NCBI GenBank assembly: GCA_949373235.1
Contig: CASICQ010000006.1
Span: forward strand, 4,358 to 68,357
Source: Candidatus Poseidoniaceae archaeon
GTDB lineage: Archaea > Thermoplasmatota > Poseidoniia > Poseidoniales > Poseidoniaceae
DNA: 64,000 bases
Direction of reading: 5' to 3'
The notes under the pieces were generated by a model. It ran no database searches, was not told the DNA's origin, and saw nothing but the letters and a program-made list of their open reading frames with translations. The translations under genes and the position numbers were made by a program. This document shows, piece after piece, positions 17,407 to 27,243 of the stretch. Positions within the stretch are counted from its first letter, which is position 1, and the number at the start of each line of letters is the position of its first letter.

Positions 17407-20154
17407 TCAAGCACGTCGTCTCTTTCTGTCTCGTTCCTTTTGAAGAATTGAACAGCGACGGATTTGGTCCCTGGCTCGAGCCACTTCTTCCTTGAGAAGC
17501 CCTCGAGGGATCGATTGCTCGAAGCATTTGATGGCATCGGGGTATCGCTCCATTTCAGCGTAGGCGCTTCCCATGTTGTAGAGAGTTTTTCCACGGACTT
17601 CAGCGGGGCGAATCAGCATTGCTTGATGGTAGGCTTCCACGCACTTGGGGTATTGTTCAAGGTAGTAGTATGCGTTGCCCTTTCCATTAAGGATTCGAAT
17701 GAGCATGTCTTCATCATTGGCAAACGAAGGGATGGCTCGGTCAAAGGATGAAAGGGCTTTGTCATATTTTCCATCTTCAATCAACTGAACGCCTTGATTG
17801 TACCATGCAATGTCCTGATTTGCGATTGACATGGAATTGACTTCGCCAGTTGTTTGCACCGCAACCCTTGCTGCGGCATCGAGGGCCGCCTTTGCCAGGT
17901 CGACTTCGGGTTGTGGTGCAGCCTCAGGTTCTGTGCGTTGCACAGGAAGGGGTTGCATCAATGGGTCATTCGCTAAGTCGTAAGCCGGTGAAGGTGCTGG
18001 GGCTTCGACCGCTGGTTGTTGTGCGAATTCGGGTGCCTGCGGTTCATTGTTAAGGCCAAGTGCGCCCATGTAGAAATCTGCTGTTGCTTCATCTGGATGC
18101 GGTGGCTCTGGCGCTGCCGGCGGTGGTGGCGAGTAGGCAGGAGCAGGGTAGACTGGTTCAGGTGCCGGTTGAGTTGGCACGGACATTGCAGGAGCAGGGT
18201 AGGCTGGTTCAGGTGCCGGTTGAGTTGGCACTGACATTGCAGGTGCAGGGAAGGCTGGTACCGATTCGGCTTGAAGTGGAGCATCGGTTGGAAGCGGCAC
18301 TGCTTGTTCGATTGGTTGAGGTGAATCCGATGTTGCTCCACCCAATGCGGTGGCTTTGGCGTGGCATTTCTGAGCCGTTTCTAAATCACCTGCGTTTTCA
18401 AGCGCTCGGGCAAGTCCGCGCCAGTTGTCTGGGTTTGTGCCATCGCTTTGGATGAGGGCCTTCCAGGTGGTTACGGCTTGAACATGATCGTTTGAAGCGG
18501 TGTGAGCGCGAGCATGGAGGGACGTGGCACCAACACCGAGCATCTGCAGTGCTTCTTGGGCCAAATGGGGGCCTTCGGGCAAGGTTGGGGGTAGCCCTTG
18601 GGCTGATTCAATGACGTTTGCTTCTCCTTCTGCAAGACCAATTAAGACCTCTATCATTTGCGTACGAACGGCGTTGTTCGCATCGGAAGAAAGCACCGAG
18701 CGTGTTGCAACAAGATAATTTTCGATGTCGCCAGTTTCGTAGCACAGCATGCTGCATTTAAGTGAGGCTTTGAGGTAATCGGGTTGGGCTCCAATTGCGC
18801 TCATGTAAGATGCAATGGCTTGTTGGTGCTCACCGCGTCGTTGATGAATTGAACCGAGGTTGAACCATCCGCTCGCTTGGGTAGGGTCGAGGCTTTGCGC
18901 ATGCATGAGGGCACTGATGGCATGGTCATCTAAATTCAAACGAGCCATAGCCCCCCCTGCAATCCGCCATGACGGTGCGTGTTGAGCACCGATGGTCTTC
19001 AAGTGGGGTTTCAGAAGGTTAAGCGCATCGGCAGCGGCGCCCGCTTTGATCAATTCCGTGGCTTGTTCTACCAAACTGTCAAGGTTGATTGCTTCGGTTT
19101 GAGGCACTGCGACAGCTTCCACAGCCGGTGCTGGAGTTGGGGCCGCAATTGGTTGCGATTCGGGCAGAGGGACTCCTTTAGGTTCCGCTGTTGTTACCGG
19201 TTTTACCGTTTCATGCAATAAAGCCGGTTGACCCTGAAGATTGATCTCCACAACTTCAGTTGCCGCAACCACTTCAGCAGCGGCCATCAATTCACTGAAC
19301 TCCAAGTTTTCATTGCCGTCATCATGGTGCACCGCTTCTGCCAAGACCGCTTCGCGATCGGTTGCACCGGTTTCTTCCATAGCCTTCTTGACTTGGGCTT
19401 CGCTAAAGGATTGTGTTGGTTCAACGATTGGCATCGCTTCCATCTCGATGCTCTCAATGCTTCCTTGGCACCTCGATTGCAGTTCTGAGAGTGTTGGATG
19501 ACCTGGGAAAAACACCAAAGCTCTTGTCGCCATTTCATAGGCTCCCTTTTCATCCCCAATTCGCTCAAGAAGTATAGCTAAATTAGCGGTCGCAGGAGCG
19601 TGCTCTTCATTGAGATCAAGGCAAATCTGGAAGGCTTGCCGCGCACCTCGTGCGTCTTGCTGGGCTTCAAGCAACACGCCTCGATTAAACCAAGCCATGT
19701 CGCATGAAGGGTCGATGGAAATGGCTTTGTTGAACGCAGCGAGCGCTTTTTTGGAGTCATTTTTCCGAGAAGATTCCTCGCCTTCTTGAAGCAAAGCATT
19801 GACTTCTTCTTCAACGGACATTTCTTCTTGATCGCCCTCATTTGTATTCATGTGGAGCCACGCTTCCGCAGCATCGAGAAGTTCTGTTTTGTTTAGGTAT
19901 CCATTTTCATCACCGTCCATGGTTTTGGCAAAGGCGATGAATCCTTCTTCATCTTCGATATTTTGGTCCGCAAGCACTTGTCGAAGCACTTCGTCTGAAT
20001 ACTTCTTTTTCTCTTCGGGTTGTTCCGAGGGTTCGGCCATGGAAATACCCGCTGATTCAAGCGCAGCAGCCATGGAATCCATCACTGAATCAGCGACAGT
20101 ATCATCCGAATTGTCATCTGACGGTGGATTGTTTTCATTGTCAGTGGCATCCAT
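17407..20154 (-). CDS. large TPR-repeat protein with acidic N-terminus (EF-hand-like loop DGDENGYLNKTEL) and Pro/Ala-rich repetitive linker
   Basis: 915 aa. Multiple 34-aa TPR-like units (W/AxxLGxxxxxxGxxxxA). An internal tandem repeat encodes PAPAMSVPTQPAPEPAYPA. Confidence 0.55.
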   Translation of the reverse strand: MDATDNENNPPSDDNSDDTVADSVMDSMAAALESAGISMAEPSEQPEEKKKYSDEVLRQVLADQNIEDEEGFIAFAKTMDGDENGYLNKTELLDAAEAWLHMNTNEGDQEEMSVEEEVNALLQEGEESSRKNDSKKALAAFNKAISIDPSCDMAWFNRGVLLEAQQDARGARQAFQICLDLNEEHAPATANLAILLERIGDEKGAYEMATRALVFFPGHPTLSELQSRCQGSIESIEMEAMPIVEPTQSFSEAQVKKAMEETGATDREAVLAEAVHHDDGNENLEFSELMAAAEVVAATEVVEINLQGQPALLHETVKPVTTAEPKGVPLPESQPIAAPTPAPAVEAVAVPQTEAINLDSLVEQATELIKAGAAADALNLLKPHLKTIGAQHAPSWRIAGGAMARLNLDDHAISALMHAQSLDPTQASGWFNLGSIHQRRGEHQQAIASYMSAIGAQPDYLKASLKCSMLCYETGDIENYLVATRSVLSSDANNAVRTQMIEVLIGLAEGEANVIESAQGLPPTLPEGPHLAQEALQMLGVGATSLHARAHTASNDHVQAVTTWKALIQSDGTNPDNWRGLARALENAGDLETAQKCHAKATALGGATSDSPQPIEQAVPLPTDAPLQAESVPAFPAPAMSVPTQPAPEPAYPAPAMSVPTQPAPEPVYPAPAYSPPPPAAPEPPHPDEATADFYMGALGLNNEPQAPEFAQQPAVEAPAPSPAYDLANDPLMQPLPVQRTEPEAAPQPEVDLAKAALDAAARVAVQTTGEVNSMSIANQDIAWYNQGVQLIEDGKYDKALSSFDRAIPSFANDEDMLIRILNGKGNAYYYLEQYPKCVEAYHQAMLIRPAEVRGKTLYNMGSAYAEMERYPDAIKCFEQSIPRGLLKEEVARARDQIRRCSILQKERDRKRRRA
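18133..18262. repeat. intragenic tandem repeat, about 57-nt unit x 2.3
   Basis: ggcaggagcagggtagactggttcaggtgccggttgagttggcacggacattgca repeats almost perfectly at about 18191 and partially at about 18241. Confidence 0.7.
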
Positions 20155-20261
20155 AATGGGTTCCCCAACTTAAAGGGGTTCACAGGGATGCATAAGGATT
20201 GCTTCTGTATGTGTTTAAATTACGACCTTAAATTGAAATGCTTTGGCGCCAACCCAGCGGC

Positions 20262-20816
20262 ATGACCGAACAACCATTGCGCATCTTGGGACTCTCTGGC
20301 GAATACCGCCCCTCCTCCAAAAGTGGCATGATGATCACCCAAGCCCTTTCGATTGCCGAAGCAGCAGGAGCCGAAGTTCATTTCTGGGATTGCGACAAAA
20401 ACCCCCTTCCCTTTGTCGGTGAAGACGGCTGTTGGGAGCATGAAAATGTGAAAGCATTTCAAGAATTAGCAAGTTCTTGCGATGGCTTTTTGGTCTGCTC
20501 ACCGGAATACCACGGTACAATGTCTGGTGTTATGAAAAACACATTCGATTGGCTCTATGACAAGCACGTTGGAGGCAAAGCGTTTGGCCTCATGTGCACC
20601 CTCGGGGGCATGGAAAATTCAAACACCCTGAATCACATGAGAATTATGCTCCGGTGGCTCCACGCTTGGCCCGTTCCTGAACAATTGGCTGTCGGTCATG
20701 TCAAGGAAGCCTTTGACGACCATGGAGAACTCGCAAACGCTGCCACTGCAGAACGCCTCAACACCCTTGTGGAGTCTGTATTGCGCACTGCAACGATGCT
20801 CAAATCCGAATCGTGA
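20262..20816 (+). CDS. NADPH-dependent FMN reductase (flavodoxin-like; ArsH/SsuE family)
   Basis: LRILGLSGEYRPSSKSG...FLVCSPEYHGTMSGVMKNTFDW is typical of the NADPH:FMN reductase family. ORF opens at 20238; ATG at 20262. Confidence 0.7.
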   Translation: MTEQPLRILGLSGEYRPSSKSGMMITQALSIAEAAGAEVHFWDCDKNPLPFVGEDGCWEHENVKAFQELASSCDGFLVCSPEYHGTMSGVMKNTFDWLYDKHVGGKAFGLMCTLGGMENSNTLNHMRIMLRWLHAWPVPEQLAVGHVKEAFDDHGELANAATAERLNTLVESVLRTATMLKSES

Positions 20817-20821
20817 GGCCT

Positions 20822-21598
20822 ATGTCTTCCACGCGCCCTGCATTCGATGGCCTCTACGGGGGACGGTACATCCTTGTCGAGCCCGGTCGTTTTCTAATGG
20901 GTGACGCCGATGAACGTGGTTCAAAGACCGAACGCCCTGCCATTGAAACAGAGATTCTTGACCCTTTTTTTCTTGGAGAGCGCCCCGTTACTCAGGCCCA
21001 CTGGCAATCTATTATGGGGCTTAATCCATCGAAATTTCAGGACGGTTGGGCCGCAGGCCTTCGGCCTGTAGAAATGATTTCATGGGATGATGCTCAAACC
21101 TTTATTTCCAAAATGAATGAAGCGGAACAAAACACCGTGCGGTTAGGACTGACCGGGACTTGGCGGCTACCCTCCGAGGCAGAATGGGAATACGCCGCAC
21201 GTGCAAACACGGACTCTCGTTGGAGCTTCGGGGACCGTGATTCCGAATTAAATGATTATGGCTGGCATGCGGGAAACGCTGGTGCAACCACCCGGGAAGT
21301 TGGGCAAAAAAAGGCGAATCCATGGGGTTTCTTAGATCTCCACGGGCAAACAGGAGAATGGTGTCAAGATGATTATGCCCCCAACTACACGCAGCATTCT
21401 GGCACACAAAACGCTCACACTTCGAATCTGACTGGACGCAAAGTCCACAGAGGTGGTTCTTGGTTTACAGAATCGGACAGCACCCGAAGCCGTGCACGCG
21501 CTTCCGCATTGAGGGACCATCGAGGCGACGGTGTTGGTTTGCGTTTGGTTTGGTCGCCGAATGCAGAAGCCGCAGAACATATGGACGTGGATGCATGA
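20822..21598 (+). CDS. FGE-sulfatase/SUMF1-family (DUF323) domain protein
   Basis: Motifs RLPSEAEWEYAAR, GNAGATTREVGQ and RVHRGGSWF are diagnostic of the formylglycine-generating-enzyme fold. The ORF track starts at GTG 20813, overlapping the upstream stop as GTGA. The first ATG is 20822. Confidence 0.7.
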   Translation: MSSTRPAFDGLYGGRYILVEPGRFLMGDADERGSKTERPAIETEILDPFFLGERPVTQAHWQSIMGLNPSKFQDGWAAGLRPVEMISWDDAQTFISKMNEAEQNTVRLGLTGTWRLPSEAEWEYAARANTDSRWSFGDRDSELNDYGWHAGNAGATTREVGQKKANPWGFLDLHGQTGEWCQDDYAPNYTQHSGTQNAHTSNLTGRKVHRGGSWFTESDSTRSRARASALRDHRGDGVGLRLVWSPNAEAAEHMDVDA

Positions 21599-21942
21599 TG
21601 ACCCTCTATCATAATCCTCGATGCTCGAAATCGCGCCAAGCGCTCGCGATGTGCGAAGCATCGTCGCTGGATGTGCAAATTCATCTTTACCTCAACAAAC
21701 CTCTTTCAAGTGAGGAACTGCGTTCTATTTTATCTCGCCTTCATGGGCCACTCAAGAACGCCATTCGCTTGAAAGACCCGAAATTTAAATCTGTGGATTC
21801 TTCGACGTTAGAACCTGCAAATCTTGAATCTGTTGTTGACTTTTTGAGCAAACACGGCCATCTCATGGAGCGTCCCCTTTTGGATACAGGATCGATCAGT
21901 TGTGTTGGTCGGCCGGTAGAGTTGCTTCTCCCGTTTCTTTGA
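21595..21942 (+). CDS. arsC: arsenate reductase ArsC (glutaredoxin-coupled ArsC/Spx/YffB family)
   Basis: N-terminal MTLYHNPRCSKSR matches the ArsC signature (I)YHNP.C(S/G)(K/T)SR. About 115 aa. Overlaps the upstream gene as ATGA. Confidence 0.75.
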   Translation: MMTLYHNPRCSKSRQALAMCEASSLDVQIHLYLNKPLSSEELRSILSRLHGPLKNAIRLKDPKFKSVDSSTLEPANLESVVDFLSKHGHLMERPLLDTGSISCVGRPVELLLPFL

Positions 21943-22447
21943 CCGTTGGTTCTCCATCAAGTGGTTCTGCGTCGATTTTCATGCCCTCTGCGAGCGCTGC
22001 TAATGTTTGATGTTCCGGAACTGCACCTGGCCCTATGGACCATTTACTCGTGAATTCTGTAGAAAGTACCGTCATTAAATTTCTTCTCTTGAGTGCGTCA
22101 ATTCCTGATGCTGTGCGATCGACAACAGGCGCCATTTCTTCTTGAAATACCTCGTTCATTTGGTAGCATATTTCTTCGAATGTACGCCTTCCATTGGCTA
22201 ATTCCCAAAGCATGCTGTTTTTTGGATCAAGAGGCCTACGCACTTCCCTCGGTGCTCGAAACAAGCGCGCCAGGATTCGCTCAAAGCGATTGAATCGTTT
22301 TTCAATCCTCAATACAATTCGTCGACCACTTACGCCATCGAGGTCGGGATGTGCTCCAGCCTCACCGTAGCGGCCCCACCAGACTGGGACTCGGCAAGGA
22401 TAAGTGCCAGCATAGGCGTGTTTGCTCACATCCACTATATCCATCAT
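21896..22447 (-). CDS. hypothetical protein with PqqD-like domain
   Basis: 183 aa. RPLDPKNSMLWELANGRRTFEEICYQMNEVF resembles the PqqD peptide-chaperone fold. Weak call. Confidence 0.35.
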   Translation of the reverse strand: MMDIVDVSKHAYAGTYPCRVPVWWGRYGEAGAHPDLDGVSGRRIVLRIEKRFNRFERILARLFRAPREVRRPLDPKNSMLWELANGRRTFEEICYQMNEVFQEEMAPVVDRTASGIDALKRRNLMTVLSTEFTSKWSIGPGAVPEHQTLAALAEGMKIDAEPLDGEPTVKETGEATLPADQHN

Positions 22448-22453
22448 CTCACC

Positions 22454-22627
22454 TCAAAATTCCAAAAGAGTCCACAAAAGAAGGGTTGTCATGGAAACGA
22501 CACCTAACAATGCAGAAAGGCGAGTTGCTTCAACCCGTTCGGTGAAGTTTCTCAAAAACCATGTTGCTACGCCAAAAAACATAACCATGACCCATAGGCC
22601 ATACCACGGGGCAGGGTATGTGGCCAT
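22454..22627 (-). CDS. small two-TM membrane protein (trimmed from ORF 22454..22864)
   Basis: An internal ATG yields MATYPAPWYGLWVMVMFFGVATWFL... (57 aa) without overlapping the adhesin gene. Speculative. Confidence 0.25.
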   Translation of the reverse strand: MATYPAPWYGLWVMVMFFGVATWFLRNFTERVEATRLSALLGVVSMTTLLLWTLLEF

Positions 22628-22652
22628 GGCTTTCGGTCTTGGCGCTGATGTA

Positions 22653-25600
22653 TCATGCTTGTCCTTCAAGGCGGTCAAGGTATTGTTGACCGTAGTGAGT
22701 CCACTGTTCCATTGTCCAACCGGTTGGCAGACCGGTGAGGGGGACGTCAGGACCATTGGCTGCAGGTGCAGGTGCCTCTGCTGCTTGCGCTTCAGGGGTG
22801 GGGGCTTGTTGTGCTGATATTGGTGGCCCAGTTGAGGCAGGTGGTCCACTGGTCTGGAACTCATGCGGCTCTATTTTTGGTTCGTCCACAAATTCTTCCT
22901 TGCTTCGCCGTCGAAGCAAGACGCTCATTAGGAAAATAAATGCCATGAGGACACCACCTCCGCCGGCAACGGCACCTACATTCATCGAAGTTTGGTCTGT
23001 GGTGCGTTCAGAAAAGGAATACGCTTGGCTGCTTTGCCACGTACGGGCCCCATCTTGTGTCTCGAGCTGGAACGTTACAATGCCTCCTAACGGGCCGCCT
23101 AGGCGGTGAAGGGTGCATGGAACATCTGACAATTGAGGCGCCACATGGCCAGGTTCGAAAGTTAGATTTTGACCTTCCCGATCAACAAGGATGCCATTGC
23201 ACACCATTTGCCATGATTCGGGCAAAGTTGTCCGTAAGGTAAGTTCCTCTCGCTGACTTGAGGTGCTGGTGATGTTGACAAACAACGGAACACCAGTTCC
23301 AGTCGGATATACGTCATCGGTTCCCATGCTGAGCGATGCTCCAATTTGGCGTTGTTGGTCCACGATAATCAACGCTTCATGCCTTAATTCATACGGCTGC
23401 ATCTCGGCGTTCAATCCTGCAATGACTTCAAACGAAACGACAATCCTTGTGTTGAGAATCATAGTGTCCGGCAGAATGAGATCCACTGTCAATGTTGTGG
23501 ATTGGTTGGGCAAGAGCATCATCGTCACCGCCTCACCTACAGATTTTGAAGCCCCTCCTTTGCTTGTCGTGAAGAACGCGATTATGTTTTCCTCAGGCGG
23601 TGAACTGGAAAAGGTTGCGAGAACAATGATTCCATCATCGGCAGCGTTTCCGATGTTTCGTAAGGTCGCGTTTACGCTCACTGTGTCGCCAACCATTGCC
23701 GATTGAGATTGAGCTGAACCGACAAGGTCTGGAATTCGTACTGAAGCTGTGATGGTATCGAAGGTGACGCTGTTGTCTTCAATGTGGATGTCTTCAAATC
23801 CGATAGCGTTTGAAACCATGATGGAAATGGTGTGAATTTCACTTGCCGCCTCTTCACTCGGTACAAAAATCCACATTTCGACCGTTGCGTTGTTGTTCAA
23901 ATCGTAGGGTGCTGAGAGGGCGATGGAATCAGTCACATTGTCCCCATTGACTTTAATCCAAGTGTTCCAAGCAGATGGCAGTCCATCGGCTGCTACGATA
24001 GCATCGATTGGTCCATTGCCTTTGTTGACGATTTCGAGGAGCACCTTATTGGCGGTGCCTGGTCTCAATTTGTCAGGTGTTTCTAAGAGGGTGATTGAAA
24101 GATCGCTAATGGTTCGAACGACGATGCTGTCAAACGAATCACCGCTGATGGACATGCCACTGCGCTTCGAGGTGATGGTTGGCGTAAGTGAAGGTGCTTT
24201 GTCACCTGCTTGCCCAGTTTCAGGAGCAGTCACCTTCACGGTGAACGTGGTGCTTGCGCCCGGATTTATGACGGCGTCGGGACGAGTTGGTTGTTCGATG
24301 GTCCACAAACCGACTGATCCATGAGTCACTTGCATCGAAAAGATATCTTGGCGCGTCGCATTGTTCCAAATGGTGAATTCTACAGTTTTTGTTTCACCCG
24401 CATCAACCAACCAATCGCGCATCATTTGGGTTGTCGTCATCCCAATGTACGCCTCACTGATCATCGATGCTGACACACTGATGTCCGCTTGGTGTTGCTT
24501 AGCGGTGTTGTTTTGTGATTGGGCTATGAGGGTGAAGGGTGCGACTGTATCCGGTGCAGCACTGGTTGGTACCGTCATTGTCAGTGCGACCTGCACAGGA
24601 GTGTCAGGTCGTACCATAATTGAGGTCGATTGAGTCCATGCCAATTGGACGGTCCATCCCTCTGGCAAAGCATCCTGTTCGATGGTCAAATCAAAAACGT
24701 CTGTTGCGTCCCCTATGTTTCGCACTTCAACAGTGAACGGGCAACTGTAGCCAGGGGGGCAGGTTGGTCGTATATCTGGTTGAACGATGAAAGGTTCTCG
24801 GTCAGGAAGAACTTGGAATTGAACAGGAAGTGTGGTGTTAATCGATTCATACTGGCTTGAAGTTCCGATGAACGTCATTTGTTCAAATCCAGTTGTTGCG
24901 TTCACATCTGGCCTGATTTTCACTTCGATGGTCTTCGATTCTCCGGGCGATAATAACACCCCTGTTTGTTCGTTGATCGAAACACCAGTAAGGTGTGCAA
25001 AATACACTTCCCAGCCAGCTGGTAACCCATCAATGGACGGCAGAACATAATCTGAAATGTTCCCTTCATTCGTCAAACTTACTTGAACGCCACCCCATTC
25101 ATCAGGGAGGGACCCAATGGTGGAGACCCCTGCTGAGGAAATGGCGTATTCGATTGGTTTGACCTTTTGATCATACATGATGACAATGTCATCCAACCAA
25201 AAACCTACATCATTGCCACTGGCGTCCGCTGTGAAAACAAATCGGAACTTTGTTGCTGGTGAAAACCCACTTTGCGGTGCAGGAATCAGCGGTGAAGTGG
25301 CACCTTGGCTGTTGACAGAAAATGTCTGCCATGAGGCTCCGTCGATGAACACTTGGTCCACTGTACCCGCAATGTTGCCGAGTTGTGTGTTGGCGCCGGC
25401 GCTGTTTTGAACGTAAACTTTCAATTCATCCCCTGTTTGAGAACTACCGGTGTAAAAGAAACTCAAACCATTCGTTCTTAGGGGGTTTTCCACAGCATCA
25501 GACATGTCAAAAACAGGGGTTTCAAGAACGCTTGTTGTCGAAGAACTGTAGGCCATATCCACGCCATTTCCAGCATGGCATGCTGATGCTTCTGAAAGGG

Positions 25601-26213
25601 AAGTATCGCTGTTGATGCCCCACTCGTTTGTTGTCGTCCACTGCGTGAGATCGTCGCAATTGAAGTAATGAGAGGCAACGGTGAAATGGCGATACAGCGC
25701 ATCGTTTGATGGTTGATCATCGGCAACACTGGATGTTGCTGTTACCTCCAGTGTATGGTTGCCTGAGTATGTCGGAGTGAATGTGATTCCAATGGTGTTG
25801 GAACTGCCGCCACTGAGGGATGACATTTGCTGAGTGGTGTTGGTCATCTCAAATTGTTGATATTCATTATGAAGTGTTTTCAACACCACATCGATGGTCC
25901 CGGATGAGGCTGTTCCTAAATTATCCACAGTGATCAAGGAATAAATGGGCACGTCGATGACAGCATCCACAACATAGAGTTCCGCAGGACGATTGAAGTT
26001 TGGAATGGGGTGGTTTGAAGAAAACATTCTGTAACGGCCCTCGTCGGCACTGGTGGTGTACGAAAACGATACATTGGTCACAGTAAGGTCGACACCTGTT
26101 GCTTTTGCGGAGGAGGTTTGAGATGGCTCATGTGAGGCATCAAGGTGGGACATTGGCGCGCATGCACTGAGGAGAAAAAGAACAACCAACAGAATTGCAG
26201 GCGTACGATTCAT
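22653..26213 (-). CDS. giant cell-surface protein / adhesin with repeated Ig-like (CARDB/NEW3-like) beta-sandwich domains, signal peptide and C-terminal TM anchor
   Basis: About 1186 aa. N-terminal MNRTPAILLVVLFLLSAC (lipobox-like). Repetitive Thr/Ser/Asn-rich beta domains. C-terminal TM helix, basic stop-transfer and a Pro/Ala-rich cytoplasmic tail. Confidence 0.6.
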   Translation of the reverse strand: MNRTPAILLVVLFLLSACAPMSHLDASHEPSQTSSAKATGVDLTVTNVSFSYTTSADEGRYRMFSSNHPIPNFNRPAELYVVDAVIDVPIYSLITVDNLGTASSGTIDVVLKTLHNEYQQFEMTNTTQQMSSLSGGSSNTIGITFTPTYSGNHTLEVTATSSVADDQPSNDALYRHFTVASHYFNCDDLTQWTTTNEWGINSDTSLSEASACHAGNGVDMAYSSSTTSVLETPVFDMSDAVENPLRTNGLSFFYTGSSQTGDELKVYVQNSAGANTQLGNIAGTVDQVFIDGASWQTFSVNSQGATSPLIPAPQSGFSPATKFRFVFTADASGNDVGFWLDDIVIMYDQKVKPIEYAISSAGVSTIGSLPDEWGGVQVSLTNEGNISDYVLPSIDGLPAGWEVYFAHLTGVSINEQTGVLLSPGESKTIEVKIRPDVNATTGFEQMTFIGTSSQYESINTTLPVQFQVLPDREPFIVQPDIRPTCPPGYSCPFTVEVRNIGDATDVFDLTIEQDALPEGWTVQLAWTQSTSIMVRPDTPVQVALTMTVPTSAAPDTVAPFTLIAQSQNNTAKQHQADISVSASMISEAYIGMTTTQMMRDWLVDAGETKTVEFTIWNNATRQDIFSMQVTHGSVGLWTIEQPTRPDAVINPGASTTFTVKVTAPETGQAGDKAPSLTPTITSKRSGMSISGDSFDSIVVRTISDLSITLLETPDKLRPGTANKVLLEIVNKGNGPIDAIVAADGLPSAWNTWIKVNGDNVTDSIALSAPYDLNNNATVEMWIFVPSEEAASEIHTISIMVSNAIGFEDIHIEDNSVTFDTITASVRIPDLVGSAQSQSAMVGDTVSVNATLRNIGNAADDGIIVLATFSSSPPEENIIAFFTTSKGGASKSVGEAVTMMLLPNQSTTLTVDLILPDTMILNTRIVVSFEVIAGLNAEMQPYELRHEALIIVDQQRQIGASLSMGTDDVYPTGTGVPLFVNITSTSSQREELTLRTTLPESWQMVCNGILVDREGQNLTFEPGHVAPQLSDVPCTLHRLGGPLGGIVTFQLETQDGARTWQSSQAYSFSERTTDQTSMNVGAVAGGGGVLMAFIFLMSVLLRRRSKEEFVDEPKIEPHEFQTSGPPASTGPPISAQQAPTPEAQAAEAPAPAANGPDVPLTGLPTGWTMEQWTHYGQQYLDRLEGQA

Positions 26214-26263
26214 GGCGCTCGTGTTGCTACACTGCTTCAATGTATATGAGGGAAGTGGCGACT

Positions 26264-27121
26264 TCACTCGTCTTCTTTTTGGTGCCCTAAGGCCTCATTG
26301 ATGTCCTGTTCGGATGCTTTCAACTTCACAGCATCTCGCTTTTCTTTTGCATTGGCTGCAAAGTAAACGGTGAACGAGGGAATGAGGACCATGGAGAAGC
26401 ATCCAACCACTGCGGCTAAAGCCCACAAAAACTCTGTTGCTGCGTCGACTGAGAACGGTCCAATCGATGCAAATTCTTCGTTCACTGTGGTGATGGTCAT
26501 GGCAGGGGCTGTTGACCTGTTGCCTTTTTCTATGATTTCCACCCTGATGAGAGAGGGTGAATGTTCGTATTCGATTGCATCCAAGGCCTTCTCTTTGGCT
26601 CCTGCTTCAGTTTGGGCGTAAACCGTTCCGTTTGAGCGGCGAGCGGGATCGGTACTCGTCAGAGCGATAATTGATATTTCTCCACCGTCTTCAGCGATGA
26701 CGGAATGCGTGGTGTTTTTCTGACAGGAGTCTCGACAACTGAATCCATCAGCTCCGTCCACGCCTAGTTTTTGATGGCTGAATAGACCGGCCCCGTTGAT
26801 CAGCCGCACTTCCGCTCCGTTGGAAAGTTCAACCGCAGTGAGGTTGACCCAAGTCAAATTTGCACCGTCGGCGGGCACGGACCATGTCCAAGTGGTTGTG
26901 TTTGTGTCTTCCTGGTAGATGCGAACTGGATCAATATTTTCATGAGTGGTGAGGGTCGATTCTGTATCATAGAGGTAGTAAGATGGCGAGACTGTGGCGC
27001 CATAAACAGCGTATGAAAGCATGAATATGAGGGTGAAAGAAAGACCTAATAGCGTCCGCAACAGGTTGGGGTTTTGGGCTAATGCCTTCCTCATCAACCC
27101 CTGCAAGACAGGGCCCTTCAT
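26264..27121 (-). CDS. membrane-anchored extracytoplasmic hypothetical protein
   Basis: Its stop overlaps the adhesin start (ATGA). N-terminal signal-anchor and C-terminal TM. ORF extends to 27289; the ATG at 27121 is preferred. Confidence 0.4.
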   Translation of the reverse strand: MKGPVLQGLMRKALAQNPNLLRTLLGLSFTLIFMLSYAVYGATVSPSYYLYDTESTLTTHENIDPVRIYQEDTNTTTWTWSVPADGANLTWVNLTAVELSNGAEVRLINGAGLFSHQKLGVDGADGFSCRDSCQKNTTHSVIAEDGGEISIIALTSTDPARRSNGTVYAQTEAGAKEKALDAIEYEHSPSLIRVEIIEKGNRSTAPAMTITTVNEEFASIGPFSVDAATEFLWALAAVVGCFSMVLIPSFTVYFAANAKEKRDAVKLKASEQDINEALGHQKEDE

Positions 27122-27243
27122 CAACCCTTGTCTGGGGGATAGAACCCCTGTGAAAAGAGGGCACAGCGAGAGTTCACGAGGTGCTGGTGACCCGCTCTCT
27201 TCATATAGGGGCGTAAGGTCGGCAAATTGCTTGGTGTTTTGTC

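Noticed and set aside
18016-18455. Plus-strand ORFs (Trp/Arg/Cys-rich) across the tandem-repeat region
   Set aside because: They are generated by the repeat on the non-coding strand of the TPR gene. Their composition is implausible.
22454-22864. Full 136-aa ORF overlapping the adhesin 3' end by about 210 nt
   Set aside because: Its N-terminal 79 codons overlap the adhesin C-terminus in another frame. It was kept only as a possible 57-aa peptide from the internal ATG, at low confidence.
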